A DNA stretch of 64,000 nt, taken from NCBI GenBank assembly GCA_963750165.1, contig CAVVPN010000011.1, positions 64,001-128,000 of the forward strand. The letters run 5' to 3'. The notes under the pieces were generated by a model. It ran no database searches. It saw nothing but the letters and a program-made list of their open reading frames with translations, and had not been told where the DNA came from. Below are positions 55,217 through 64,000 of this stretch, piece after piece. This DNA is from an uncultured Gemmataceae bacterium (lineage in GTDB: Bacteria > Planctomycetota > Planctomycetia > Gemmatales > Gemmataceae). The position numbers were made by a program, and so were the translations under genes. The number at the start of each line of letters is the position of its first letter. Position 1 is the first letter of the stretch.

Positions 55217-56671
55217 ATGGATAAATCCCAATCAACCGAGTTGCTGTTCGAGATAAGCCACGCCGGCCGGCGCTGCCACCGCCTGCCCGAGTGCGACGTG
55301 CCCACCGCGGCCGCCGCGCAACTGCTGCCGCCGGCCGCCCTCACCGCGGAGCCGCCGCCGCTGCCGGAGGTCGGCGAGATCGACCTGATCCGCCATTTCG
55401 TCAACCTCTCGACGCGCAACATGTCCATCGACACCAATTTCTATCCGCTGGGATCGTGTACCATGAAGTACAACCCCAAGCGGCACGAGCGCCTGGCAGC
55501 GCTGCCGGGCATCGCCAACCTGCACCCGCTCACCGTCGATGCCGCGCACCAGGGCATGCTCGAATTGCTCTTTCACATGCAGAAAATCCTCGGCGAAATC
55601 GCCGGCCTTGATGCCGTGTCGCTGCAACCGGCTGCCGGGGCGCAGGGCGAACTGACGGCGCTGCTGGTGGCCGCGGCGTACTTCCGCGACCGCGCTGAGA
55701 AGCAGCGGACGCGCGTGCTCATCCCGGACAGCGCTCACGGCACCAACCCCGCCAGCGCCGTCATCGCCGGCTTCGATGCCGTCACCATCAAGAGCAACGA
55801 CCGCGGCCTCGTGGACATGAACGACTTGCGCGCCAAACTGGACGATCGCGCCGCCGTGTTCATGATTACCAACCCGAACACCCTCGGCCTGTTCGACGAG
55901 CAGATTGTCGCCATCCGCGAACTGGTTCACAAGGACGGGGCGCTGATGTACCTGGACGGCGCCAACATGAACGCCATCCTTGGCATCACGCGGCCCGGCG
56001 ACTTCGGCGTGGACATGATGCACTACAACGTCCACAAGACGTTCACCGGCCCGCATGGCGCCGGCGGCCCCGGCTCCGGCCCCATCGCCGTCAAGGCTCA
56101 CCTCGCCCCGTTCCTGCCGGCGCCGCTTGTCGCCCGGGACGGCCAGAACTTCAAGCTCGATTACGACCGGCCGAGGTCCATCGGCCGCGTCCGCAGCTTC
56201 TTCGGCAACGTCGGCATTCTGGTGCGCGGCTACTGCTACATCCGCACGCTGGGGCCGCGCGGCCTGCGCGAGGTTAGCGAGAACGCCGTGCTCAACGCCA
56301 ATTATCTGCTGGCGCTGGTCAAGGCCGCCTATGAGGTGCCGCACGGCGACCGTTGCATGCACGAGTTCGTCGCCAGCGCCCGCAAGCTGAAACGCGAGCG
56401 GCGCATCACCGCGATGGACGTGGCCAAGCGGTTGCTGGACTACGGCTATCACGCGCCGACGGTGTACTTCCCGCTGGTGGTGCCCGAGGCGCTGATGATC
56501 GAGCCGACCGAGACCGAAAGCAAGGAGACGCTCGACGCCTTCGCCGCGACGCTGCTGAAGATCTGTCAGGAAGACCCGGACCTGTTGCACGACGCGCCGC
56601 ACACGCTGCCCATCAGCCGCCCCGACGAGGTCAAGGCGGCCAAGGAGCCGATCCTGCGATGGGCCCCCTGA
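55217..56671 (+). CDS. gcvPB: Glycine dehydrogenase subunit 2
   Basis: YPLGSCTMKYNP, SAHGTNPAS, DGANMNA, HYNVHKTF, IEPTETES. Confidence 0.97.
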   Translation: MDKSQSTELLFEISHAGRRCHRLPECDVPTAAAAQLLPPAALTAEPPPLPEVGEIDLIRHFVNLSTRNMSIDTNFYPLGSCTMKYNPKRHERLAALPGIANLHPLTVDAAHQGMLELLFHMQKILGEIAGLDAVSLQPAAGAQGELTALLVAAAYFRDRAEKQRTRVLIPDSAHGTNPASAVIAGFDAVTIKSNDRGLVDMNDLRAKLDDRAAVFMITNPNTLGLFDEQIVAIRELVHKDGALMYLDGANMNAILGITRPGDFGVDMMHYNVHKTFTGPHGAGGPGSGPIAVKAHLAPFLPAPLVARDGQNFKLDYDRPRSIGRVRSFFGNVGILVRGYCYIRTLGPRGLREVSENAVLNANYLLALVKAAYEVPHGDRCMHEFVASARKLKRERRITAMDVAKRLLDYGYHAPTVYFPLVVPEALMIEPTETESKETLDAFAATLLKICQEDPDLLHDAPHTLPISRPDEVKAAKEPILRWAP

Positions 56672-57405
56672 CCTGCCGCCTGCTGCCGTTCGCCGCCGCC
56701 GACGGCCCGCACAACATGGCCGCCGACGAGGCCCTGCTGCGCTCCGCCGCGGATGGCGTCGCATCCTTGCGCTTCTACACCTGGGACCGGCCGACCGCCA
56801 GCCTCGGCTATTTTCAACCGGCGGCAGTGCTGCGAGACGACGCGCAGGTGGCGCCGCTGCCGTGGCTGCGCCGGCCGTCCGGCGGCCTAACGCTGGTGCA
56901 TCACCACGAGCTGACGTATGCGCTGGCGCTGCCGGCGGAGCGGCGCTGGCAGGACGGGCAGTCGTGGCTTTGCCGGATGCACAAGATGATTGCAAAAGCG
57001 CTTGCCGCGCCGGAATTCGGAGTTGAGACGCGATTGGTGGCGGCGGGGGCCGAACAACACAAGCCCAGTTCGTTGTGCTTTCACCATCTCACGGCCGGTG
57101 ATCTCATCATCGGCGACGCCAAGGTTGTCGGCAGTGCCCAGCGCAAGCACCGCGGCGCCTTGCTTCAACACGGGGCGATCCTGCTCGCGCAAAGCGAACA
57201 CACCCCAACGTTGCCTGGTATCGCGGAACAGACGGGGCGCAAACTGTCGGTGGAAGATGTGATCGTGCGGTTGTGGTGGGAGTTTGCCGCGGAGACGGGT
57301 TGCAGCATCATTCTTCACAGCGAGTGGACTGCGGTGGAGCGACAGGCGACGGAGGAGCTGGTGCGCGAGCGCTTCAGCCACGCAGTGTGGAACCACAAAC
57401 GCTAA
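56659..57405 (+). CDS. Lipoate-protein ligase / LipM-like octanoyltransferase
   Basis: NMAADEAL, LRFYTW.RPTASLGYFQ, RRPSGG, KVVGSAQ, LQHG. Confidence 0.9.
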   Translation: MGPLTCRLLPFAAADGPHNMAADEALLRSAADGVASLRFYTWDRPTASLGYFQPAAVLRDDAQVAPLPWLRRPSGGLTLVHHHELTYALALPAERRWQDGQSWLCRMHKMIAKALAAPEFGVETRLVAAGAEQHKPSSLCFHHLTAGDLIIGDAKVVGSAQRKHRGALLQHGAILLAQSEHTPTLPGIAEQTGRKLSVEDVIVRLWWEFAAETGCSIILHSEWTAVERQATEELVRERFSHAVWNHKR

Positions 57406-57580
57406 ATCGGTATCGGAACTACCCCCCGGCCGGGCACGGCGGAGCATAGTTCCGATACCAAGGGGCCTGGCACCCGTCTCCCGCGGCCCGGCGAGAACGA
57501 CCTGGCGAAGCCAGGGGGCGAAACGGCGGGCGACCGGAGACGGCGGCGGGCGAGGCGGCCCGCCGTTCCGTTGTCGCAAC

Positions 57581-58441
57581 TCAGAACGGGCGTTCCTGCT
57601 TATTCAGGGAGCCAGGCACGGGCGGGGTGATGGCCGGGGCGGGTTGCAGCGTCGGGACGGCCGGCGGGGCGATCTGCGTGGGAGCGAGCGGGGCCGGCTC
57701 AATCGCGGCGCCCTGGGGAGGCGGCTCAATGGACTTGGCCTTCTCCTTGCCGCTGGGCATCTTGTTCGGCATGTCCTTGGGCGGCGGCAGCGGCTCCGCG
57801 GTCTTGCCGGGCACGCCGTACTGGATCGTGCCGCCGTACATGCCGCCGTAAGCACCACCGTAAGCACCACCGTAAGCACCGCCGCCACAGCCGTCGCAGC
57901 AACCATCGCTGCCACCGCCGTGATGGCCGCCGCCGAACATCCCCTTCAGCCGGCCGAACAGGCGGCCGCCGAAGCCCTGGTTGCCGCCGCCGCAGCAATC
58001 GCCGCAGGTCGAACTCATCGTGCCACAGCAACCGCTGGTCGTGCCACAGCAGCCGCTGCTGGCCGCCTGGTAGGACCCGCCGCCGCAGCAATCACAGCTG
58101 TTGTTGTTGCGCTGGAACAGACCGCCCAGCCGCTGGCACAGGCGGTGGCCCCAACTCTGCTGGGGGCAGCACGCATCCAGGCCACAGCTGTTACAGCCGC
58201 TCGCGCCGCAACCGCTGTTGCAGCCGGTACAGCCGCTGCCGGTGCTCATGACCGGCCCCAGGGGCGCCTGGCCGGTGCTCATGACCGACCCCAGGGGCGC
58301 CTGGCCGGTGCTCATGACCGGCCCCGCGGGTGCCTGGGTGGTGGCCGCCGGCCCGGTGGGGGCCGGCGCGCCCTGATAAACCGGGACGACATCCGCACTG
58401 GAGAACCAGGCCGTCGTCACCAACAAATAAGCTACTTTCAC
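57581..58441 (-). CDS. Secreted Cys/Gly-rich low-complexity protein with internal tandem repeats
   Basis: GGAGG RBS, GTG start, short hydrophobic leader, 33-bp GPVMSTGQAPL repeats, CC-rich block, YGGA repeats, Pro-rich tail ending in PF. Confidence 0.75.
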   Translation of the reverse strand: MKVAYLLVTTAWFSSADVVPVYQGAPAPTGPAATTQAPAGPVMSTGQAPLGSVMSTGQAPLGPVMSTGSGCTGCNSGCGASGCNSCGLDACCPQQSWGHRLCQRLGGLFQRNNNSCDCCGGGSYQAASSGCCGTTSGCCGTMSSTCGDCCGGGNQGFGGRLFGRLKGMFGGGHHGGGSDGCCDGCGGGAYGGAYGGAYGGMYGGTIQYGVPGKTAEPLPPPKDMPNKMPSGKEKAKSIEPPPQGAAIEPAPLAPTQIAPPAVPTLQPAPAITPPVPGSLNKQERPF

Positions 58442-58794
58442 GAGGTATCCTCCGTCGGAATGGACAGGGGCGCCGGGACGCGACCGCCGCGGCGGGGAGA
58501 GGGCCCGTCGCGTCGCTCGCCACTCGGGCCGTGTAGTTTCCTCCGTGACCCAAACCAGGTCGCCGAGCCCATTGCTCAGAGCACTTGGTTTACCTTCCTC
58601 TGCCAACTTCTTTCGGCAGCGTGATTCGCCATTCTTTAAATCCTTTCCCCAAATTCATCATGTTGCGCGTTTCGGATGAGACCGGGAGAATCCGTAGCGG
58701 TCGGCGAAGAGAGGTAGGATCGCGAAGGGATTGCGATCAAGAAAATGGGAGGGGGCGGTCTTGCCGTGGGCGCGCCGGAACCGGCGAGGGCCTC

Positions 58795-58862
58795 GGCGAG
58801 CGGCGCGGCGTCAGCCCGCCGGTACTTCAAAGCACCGGCGGGCTGACGCCGCGCCGCTCGCC
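58795..58862. repeat. REP-like palindrome, family B
   Basis: Perfect 29-bp arms. Confidence 0.92.
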
Positions 58863-58891
58863 CAGAGAATGACCTTGCCGGATGGGACTTA

Positions 58892-59506
58892 TTATTTCCC
58901 AAACACGCCCGCGTTCTTCAACACCAGGATCAGAAAACCAATGATACCGGCGATCAGCACGGCGGGGATGGTGACGAAAATAATCGCCGGGATCAGGTTG
59001 GAGCGACCGCTGCGGCCGTTGTAAGCGTAGCCGCAGTCCCGGCAGCGCACGTGGTTGAACATGGCGGGACCGTAGAAGCTGCCCCAGAAGGTCCAGACGA
59101 TTTTGGTGGCGTCGGTGCAGCCGCAGCGCGGGCACGGCTTGTAGGCCAGCCGCTTGCCGCCGCGGCGGTCGTCGCGCTCGTCGCGGTCGCGGCGGTCGCG
59201 GCGGTCGTCGCGCTCGTCCTCGTCTTCCTCGTCGCGGCGGCGGCCCCGGCGGACGGGGCGGGGCTCGTCCTCCTCAATGGCCTCATCGCGCGCCCGGCGG
59301 GGCGGGGCGGCGCGCACCGCGCGGATTTCCTTGCGGGGCGGTGGTGGTGGTGGCGGCGCTGGGGCCGGGGCCTCCTCGGGTTCGGGCTGGCTCGGCGGGA
59401 TGGACATCACGTGGGCGCAGCGCGGGCACTTCAGCTTTTTTCCCGCGTACTCATCCTTGATGCGCAGCGCAGACTGGCAATTCGGACACTTGATGATGAA
59501 GGCCAT
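58892..59506 (-). CDS. Zinc-ribbon (MJ0042-like) membrane protein
   Basis: CPNC...GKKLKCPRC, R/D/E-rich linker, second CPRC...CRDC, C-terminal TM. Confidence 0.85.
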   Translation of the reverse strand: MAFIIKCPNCQSALRIKDEYAGKKLKCPRCAHVMSIPPSQPEPEEAPAPAPPPPPPPRKEIRAVRAAPPRRARDEAIEEDEPRPVRRGRRRDEEDEDERDDRRDRRDRDERDDRRGGKRLAYKPCPRCGCTDATKIVWTFWGSFYGPAMFNHVRCRDCGYAYNGRSGRSNLIPAIIFVTIPAVLIAGIIGFLILVLKNAGVFGK

Positions 59507-59663
59507 GTTGGCTGCCTGTTCTGGAAAGGAGTGCCTGCCGCCTGGGCCGGCGCCGGCACGCGAAAAGCGCCTGCCTCATGGTAAAACAGACGCGCGGGGT
59601 CACGCAAGCGCATTCAGCCGGATCGCCCGAACGGGCCGCGTCGCAGCCTCATTCGCTTTTTAC

Positions 59664-59692
59664 TTGACATTACTCCAGGCGCTCTTTACAGT
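59664..59692 (+). promoter_or_regulatory. Sigma70-type promoter of the HU/IHF gene
   Basis: TTGACA-N17-TACAGT. Confidence 0.7.
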
Positions 59693-59748
59693 TAAACTCA
59701 TCCAACGGGGCCTTCCTCTTGGCAAAAATCGGCACGGAGACCCAACCG

Positions 59749-60144
59749 GTGACCAAAAAAGAGATCGTCAAACAGATTTCCGAGGAACTGGGCTTAACCC
59801 AGTTGAAGACCAAGGAGATCGTCCAGAAGACCTTCAACGCCATCGTCGAGACGCTCCTCAAGGATCGGCGCATCGAGTTGCGCAACTTCGGGGTCTTTGA
59901 GGTCAAGCGCCGCAAGGCCCGCAAGGCCCGCAACCCCCGTACTGGCGAGAAGGTGGATGTCGAGCCCAAGAACGTCGTCACCTTCAAGCCCGGCAAGGAG
60001 ATGGAAGAGCGCGTCCGCCTGATGGACAACGTCCCGGAGATGACCGGCGACGAGGACCACGAGACGGACGGCAACGGCATGGCCCACGCTGGCGGCGACA
60101 CCAAGGCCCGGGCCAGCCGGCCGTCCCGCAAGACGCCCACCTGA
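59749..60144 (+). CDS. HU/IHF-family DNA-binding protein
   Basis: [34 protein letters not shown]. Confidence 0.95.
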   Translation: MTKKEIVKQISEELGLTQLKTKEIVQKTFNAIVETLLKDRRIELRNFGVFEVKRRKARKARNPRTGEKVDVEPKNVVTFKPGKEMEERVRLMDNVPEMTGDEDHETDGNGMAHAGGDTKARASRPSRKTPT

Positions 60145-60161
60145 GCCCCGTACGCCGCCCC

Positions 60162-60195
60162 ACCCCCGAGCAGCCCTCGGGGGTTTTTCTTTTTT
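60162..60195 (+). terminator. Intrinsic terminator
   Basis: acccccgag / ctcgggggt stem followed by a long U-tract. Confidence 0.85.
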
Positions 60196-60330
60196 CGGCG
60201 GCCGTCGCGCCAAATTGCCTTCAAGTGTACCGCCGGCACAACCGATACAGGTGATAGAATTCGCAAGCTCAGCGGCTGCCGGTGCGGGGCGTTACGTTGG
60301 GCGGCGTTCCAATGCGGAAGGGAAAAGGCC

Positions 60331-60552
60331 ATGCGACGGGTGCTTTTACTGGCGGCGTTCGCGGTCCTCGGCCTCGCCAACGCCGGCTGCTTCGTTAATC
60401 AATACTCGCCCGACCCCAACGTACGCATGGAACAGCTGCTCTTCCAGTCGGAGGATCTGCGGCAAATCCATGACGAATGGCGGCGCTTCTGGATGAACGA
60501 CCAGCCCTCGCACATGACCTATCAGCGCGTCCACGGTGGTATGGGGCCGTGA
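60331..60552 (+). CDS. Small lipoprotein
   Basis: Lipobox NAGC; YSPDPN.R...LL.QSEDLRQI..EW.RFW..DQPSH.T..RVHGG. Confidence 0.8.
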   Translation: MRRVLLLAAFAVLGLANAGCFVNQYSPDPNVRMEQLLFQSEDLRQIHDEWRRFWMNDQPSHMTYQRVHGGMGP

Positions 60553-60634
60553 GCAAAGCGTGCTCGAACGTATAGTAGCATCGATCAGTGCCGCGCGGGC
60601 GCCGACTCCAGCCGCACGCGCGGCCCAGGCTCGT

Positions 60635-60739
60635 TAGAGCCGGTGGCGGAAAGAACCGTTTTCGTTCGTAGTACCGCCTAAAGGCGGTACTACGAACGAA
60701 GAACCCAGAGGATGCCCGCTTTTCGCCACAACTTTTTAG
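60635..60739. mobile_element. MITE/REPIN-like element: TAGAGC-type outer repeat with inner REP palindrome (family F)
   Basis: Inner perfect 19-bp arms 60661-60679 / 60682-60700; outer gtggcggaaag / cttttcgccac (10 of 11 match). Confidence 0.6.
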
Positions 60740-60918
60740 CTCGGTTGCCGGAAACGTGACCGCTCCCTGCCCCGAAGCTGGTGGCCCACATTTTTTACAC
60801 CTCCCGCCATTTTTAGATGGATTCTCCCTGCTCCCCAGATGTTATTATCTTGCTAAGTTATCACGCTGTTTTACAATAGCGTGATAGTTGAGACCATCCA
60901 ACCCGGGGAGATCCATCC

Positions 60919-61334
60919 ATGGCAAAGAAGGCGGGCGCAAGCCGAATACTATCAGCAGCTATTTCCGCAAGATTTTCACGAACCACCCTGAGTGGCTCCA
61001 TCAAAAAAGCAACAACGACGTGCTCGCCCGCTACCGCAGTGACCACGGCCTGGCCGCCGGCAAGGACGTGGAGCCGCGCATCCGCAACGCCCTGGCCAAC
61101 CTGAAAAGTCAGATGCGCAAGGAGCAGCGCGACGGCGGCACCTTGGTCGTGGTGGCCGCACGGGTCGGGCCGCGCAGCGCCGCTGGCATGAGCCACCGCA
61201 TGGAGCAACTGGAGGAACAGATTGACGAGTGTCTGAGCACTGCTAAGTTGCTCGACCCCGAGGGCCTGAAAAATGTGATCCGGTGTCTGCGCTCGGCGCG
61301 CAATGAGATCGTCTGGAAGCTCGGACAACCGTGA
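60919..61334 (+). CDS. Hypothetical basic helical protein; probable 1-nt deletion near 60934
   Basis: GGAG RBS, ATG 60919; adding one G joins MAKKA to GRKPNTISSYFRKIF...LEEQIDECL...RSARNEIVWKLG. Confidence 0.7.
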
Positions 61335-61351
61335 GGTCCGGTGCTGCACGC

Positions 61352-61406
61352 GCGCCCTGTTTACGTTTCGCGCGGGGTGAAGTCCGCGCGAAACGTAAAC
61401 GGGCGC
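61352..61406. repeat. Palindrome, family H
   Basis: gtttacgtttcgcgcgg / ccgcgcgaaacgtaaac. Confidence 0.85.
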
Positions 61407-61454
61407 TGGTGTGGTCTGGCAGCGAACCCATGACCCCAGTTGATCTCATGCGCC

Positions 61455-62150
61455 ATGCAATTAGATTTGAATTGTGACCTGGGCGAAGGCTGCGCGTTGG
61501 ACGCCGAGTTAATGCCGCTCATCACGTCGGCCAACGTCGCCTGCGGCGGCCACGCCGGTGACGCCGCCACCGCCTTCGCCACGCTGAGCGCCGCCGCCCG
61601 GCACGGCGTCAGCGTCGGTGCGCACCCCAGCTTCTACGACCGCGAACACTTCGGCCGCCGTGAACTCGACCCCGGAGAACAACAAATCTTTGAGGAGTGC
61701 GTCTTCCAGGTCGGCGCCCTCGCCGGCGTGGCCCGCGCCGTCGGCGTGCCGCTGCGGCACTTCAAGGCCCACGGCGCCCTGTACAACCTCGCCTGCCGCG
61801 CTGACCGCTACGCCCGGCCCGTCGTCGCCGCCGCCAGGCTGTTCGACCTGCCCGTCCTCGGCCTGCCTGGCTCGCTGCTGGAGGCGCTGTGCGCCGGCCG
61901 CGTCCCGTTCGTCGCCGAGGGCTTCGCCGACCGCCGCTACCGCCCCGATGGCTCCCTGGTGCCGCGCGACCAGCCCGACGCCTTCGTCAAGGATCCGGCG
62001 GAGGCGGTGCGCCAGGTGGAGTGGCTGGTGCGCGAGCGCGGCGTGCGCACCGTCTGTGTCCACGGTGACAACCCGCAGGCGCTGGCGTTCGTGCGCGAAC
62101 TGCGGGCCGCGCTGACGAAACAGGGCGTCGCCTTGAAGCCGTTCGCATGA
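61455..62150 (+). CDS. pxpA: 5-oxoprolinase subunit A (LamB/YcsF)
   Basis: DLNCDLGE, ITSANVACGGHAGD, GAHPS, K.HGALYN, EGFADRRY, CVHGD. Confidence 0.95.
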   Translation: MQLDLNCDLGEGCALDAELMPLITSANVACGGHAGDAATAFATLSAAARHGVSVGAHPSFYDREHFGRRELDPGEQQIFEECVFQVGALAGVARAVGVPLRHFKAHGALYNLACRADRYARPVVAAARLFDLPVLGLPGSLLEALCAGRVPFVAEGFADRRYRPDGSLVPRDQPDAFVKDPAEAVRQVEWLVRERGVRTVCVHGDNPQALAFVRELRAALTKQGVALKPFA

Positions 62151-63096
62151 GCTTGCACGTGCTCCGCCCCGGAACGCAATCGCTGCTGGTCGATTTCGGC
62201 CGGCCGCGCAGCCGCAGTCTCGGCGTGCCGGTTGGCGGCGCCGCCGACCGCGCCGCGCTGGCGCTGGGTAACGCCCTGGTCGGCAACCCGCCAGATGCCG
62301 CCGCGCTGGAAATTTGCCTCACCGGCCCGATTCTACGCGCCGATCAGCCCACGGCGTGTGTTGTGTTCGGCGCCCCGTTCGCGGTGAGTACCGACCAGCG
62401 CCGACTGACCGCCAACTACACCTTTACACTCCGCCCCGATGAAGAATTGCACATTGATGGAACGCGGCGCGGCATGCGCGCTTACCTTTGCGTTGTGGGC
62501 GGCTTCGAGGTGCCGCTGATGCTCGGCAGCCGATCCGCGCTTCGCCATTCGCGGCGCGGCGATTCGTTAGCCTGTCAACCCAGTATCCTTCCAGGGCGCT
62601 GGCTCGCAGTCAACTTCGCGGTAGCCGGTGCGGACCACCTGGATTCTCTCTGGTATCAGAGGCCGCAGCCGTTGCGAATAGTTCCAGGGCCGCAGGCAGA
62701 TTGGTTTGGCGACCGTGGCCGGTTCCTGGGGACCGTGGTTGAACCGTGCTTGGCCACGGTTAGTCCCGACAGCGACCGGATGGGGCTACGCCTGCAAGGG
62801 GAACCGTTTTCGGTCCCACCGCGCAACTCGTCTCCGAAGCCGTTTGTCCCGGCACCGTGCAGGTAACGCGCGACGGCCAGTGCATCATCCTTGGTGTGGA
62901 TGCCCAAACGATTGGCGGTTACCCCAAGGTCGCCCAAATCATCAGCGCTGACCTCGACCGGCTTGGCCAGTTACGGCCCGGGGAAGAGATTTTTTTCCAG
63001 CGCCGTGATCTGCGGGAAGCAGAAGAGTTGTATCGCGATCAGCAACGACGGCTGCGGGCCTTCTGCGTGCGCCTGCGGGCCGCCGCTGGCCTTTGA
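62147..63096 (+). CDS. pxpC: 5-oxoprolinase subunit C (carboxyltransferase family); frameshift near 62824
   Basis: D.GR....LGVP.GGAAD, GNALVGN, RAYLCV.GG, SDRMGLRL, GTVQV, DAQTIGGYP. Confidence 0.88.
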
Positions 63097-63158
63097 TGAA
63101 CCGATGTGTAAATTGCCATTATCGCATGGTTCGTTCTTCATCAAGGAAACGCGTTGAC

Positions 63159-64000
63159 ATGGCCAAGGTTTTCATTGCTCCTGCCCCCCTCCTCGGCGTG
63201 GAGGCTTCGTATCTGAAAGTGCTCCGCGACGCCGGCCTTGAGGTGGTCTTCCAGAAGTACCACCGCCAACTGCTGGAGGACGAAATCCTCCGCGACCTGC
63301 AGGGCTGCGCCGCCTGCATCGCCGGCTCGGAGCCGTACACGCCTCGCGTCTTCGATGCCAATCCGCAGCTGCGCTGCGTCGCCCGCGCCGGCGTCGGCTA
63401 TGACGCCGTGGACCTCGAGGCCGCCACCGACCACGGCGTCGCCGTCGCCTTCGCGCCGGGCACCAACCAGGACGCCGTGGCCGAGCACACCTTCGCGCTG
63501 ATCCTGGCGCTGGCCAAGAACCTGGTGAAACAGCACCTCGGCACGGTCGCCTTGAAGTGGCCGCGGCAGGCGAACCTGCCGTTGCGCGGCCGCACCCTGG
63601 GCATCGCCGGCCTGGGCCGCATCGGCAAGGCGGTGGCGCTCCGCGGCGCCGCCTTCGGCATGAAACTGCTGGCCTACGAGCCCTACCCCGACCAGCGCTT
63701 CGCCGCTCAACACGGCGTCGCGCTGGTGCCGCTGGAGCGGCTGTTCACGGAGTCCGATTTTCTGTCGCTGCATCTGCCGCTGACATCGGAGTCGAAGCAA
63801 CTCATCAACCGCAAGACGCTGGCGCTGATGAAGCCGGACGCTTACCTGGTCAACACGGCCCGCGGCGGCCTGGTGTGCGAGGCCGACCTGATCGACGCCC
63901 TGCGCCGCAAGACCATCGCCGGTGCCGCCCTCGACGTGTTCGAGGACGAGCCGCCCGGCAAGAGCCCGCTGTTCGAGATGGACAACGTCACCGTGACGCC
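63159..64000 (+). CDS. D-2-hydroxyacid dehydrogenase (phosphoglycerate dehydrogenase-like); runs off window
   Basis: Manual translation: ARAGVGYDAVD, AVAEH, GLGRIG, SLHLP, LVNTARG, ALDVF..EP. Confidence 0.9.
   Translation, partial: MAKVFIAPAPLLGVEASYLKVLRDAGLEVVFQKYHRQLLEDEILRDLQGCAACIAGSEPYTPRVFDANPQLRCVARAGVGYDAVDLEAATDHGVAVAFAPGTNQDAVAEHTFALILALAKNLVKQHLGTVALKWPRQANLPLRGRTLGIAGLGRIGKAVALRGAAFGMKLLAYEPYPDQRFAAQHGVALVPLERLFTESDFLSLHLPLTSESKQLINRKTLALMKPDAYLVNTARGGLVCEADLIDALRRKTIAGAALDVFEDEPPGKSPLFEMDNVTVT

Noticed and set aside
36293..58862. Family B repeats as a CRISPR array
   Set aside because: Copies are kilobases apart, inverted doublets without regular spacers, and no cas genes are present.
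59554..59569. Sigma54-like site CGGCACGCGAAAAGCG upstream of the HU gene
   Set aside because: Lacks the TT of the -12 box, and a strong sigma70 promoter at 59664-59692 already explains the gene.

Overview
High-GC bacterial chromosomal DNA. The gene content (PSCyt1/WD40, DUF1549-DUF1553, DUF1501, Lpg1974-type barrel, Cys-rich secreted protein, planctomycete-type S1) points to a planctomycete, probably Gemmataceae (inference). The housekeeping backbone comprises rpsA, ilvD, the minus-strand run queG-ybeY-recO-bamD-lptE-folP-cdaA-cdaR-proA, tmk-holB, gcvT-H-PA-PB plus a lipoate ligase, HU/IHF and pxpA-pxpC. Other loci are a circularly permuted ATP-grasp/alpha-E/transglutaminase trio, twin C-terminal-CxxCH cytochromes, a ComDE-like decarboxylase, an orphan Rieske oxygenase and two prenyltransferase-repeat proteins. 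About a dozen genes, including essential ones, carry single-base indels that look like long-read errors. I saw no rRNA, tRNA, CRISPR array or transposase. The most unusual signal is non-coding: (i) inverted 7/8-mer tandem arrays at gene junctions, most of which contain a flanking stop or start codon; (ii) about eight REP-like palindrome families, some nested inside a second pair of AGAGC-type terminal repeats; (iii) a 73-bp dispersed element at convergent junctions; (iv) three toxin-antitoxin remnants in which the toxin has been cut away; (v) a rod-shaped candidate small RNA; (vi) CCCRCC-rich leaders before DUF1549/1553/1501 loci. All calls come from reading the sequence and motifs by eye; no searches were run.
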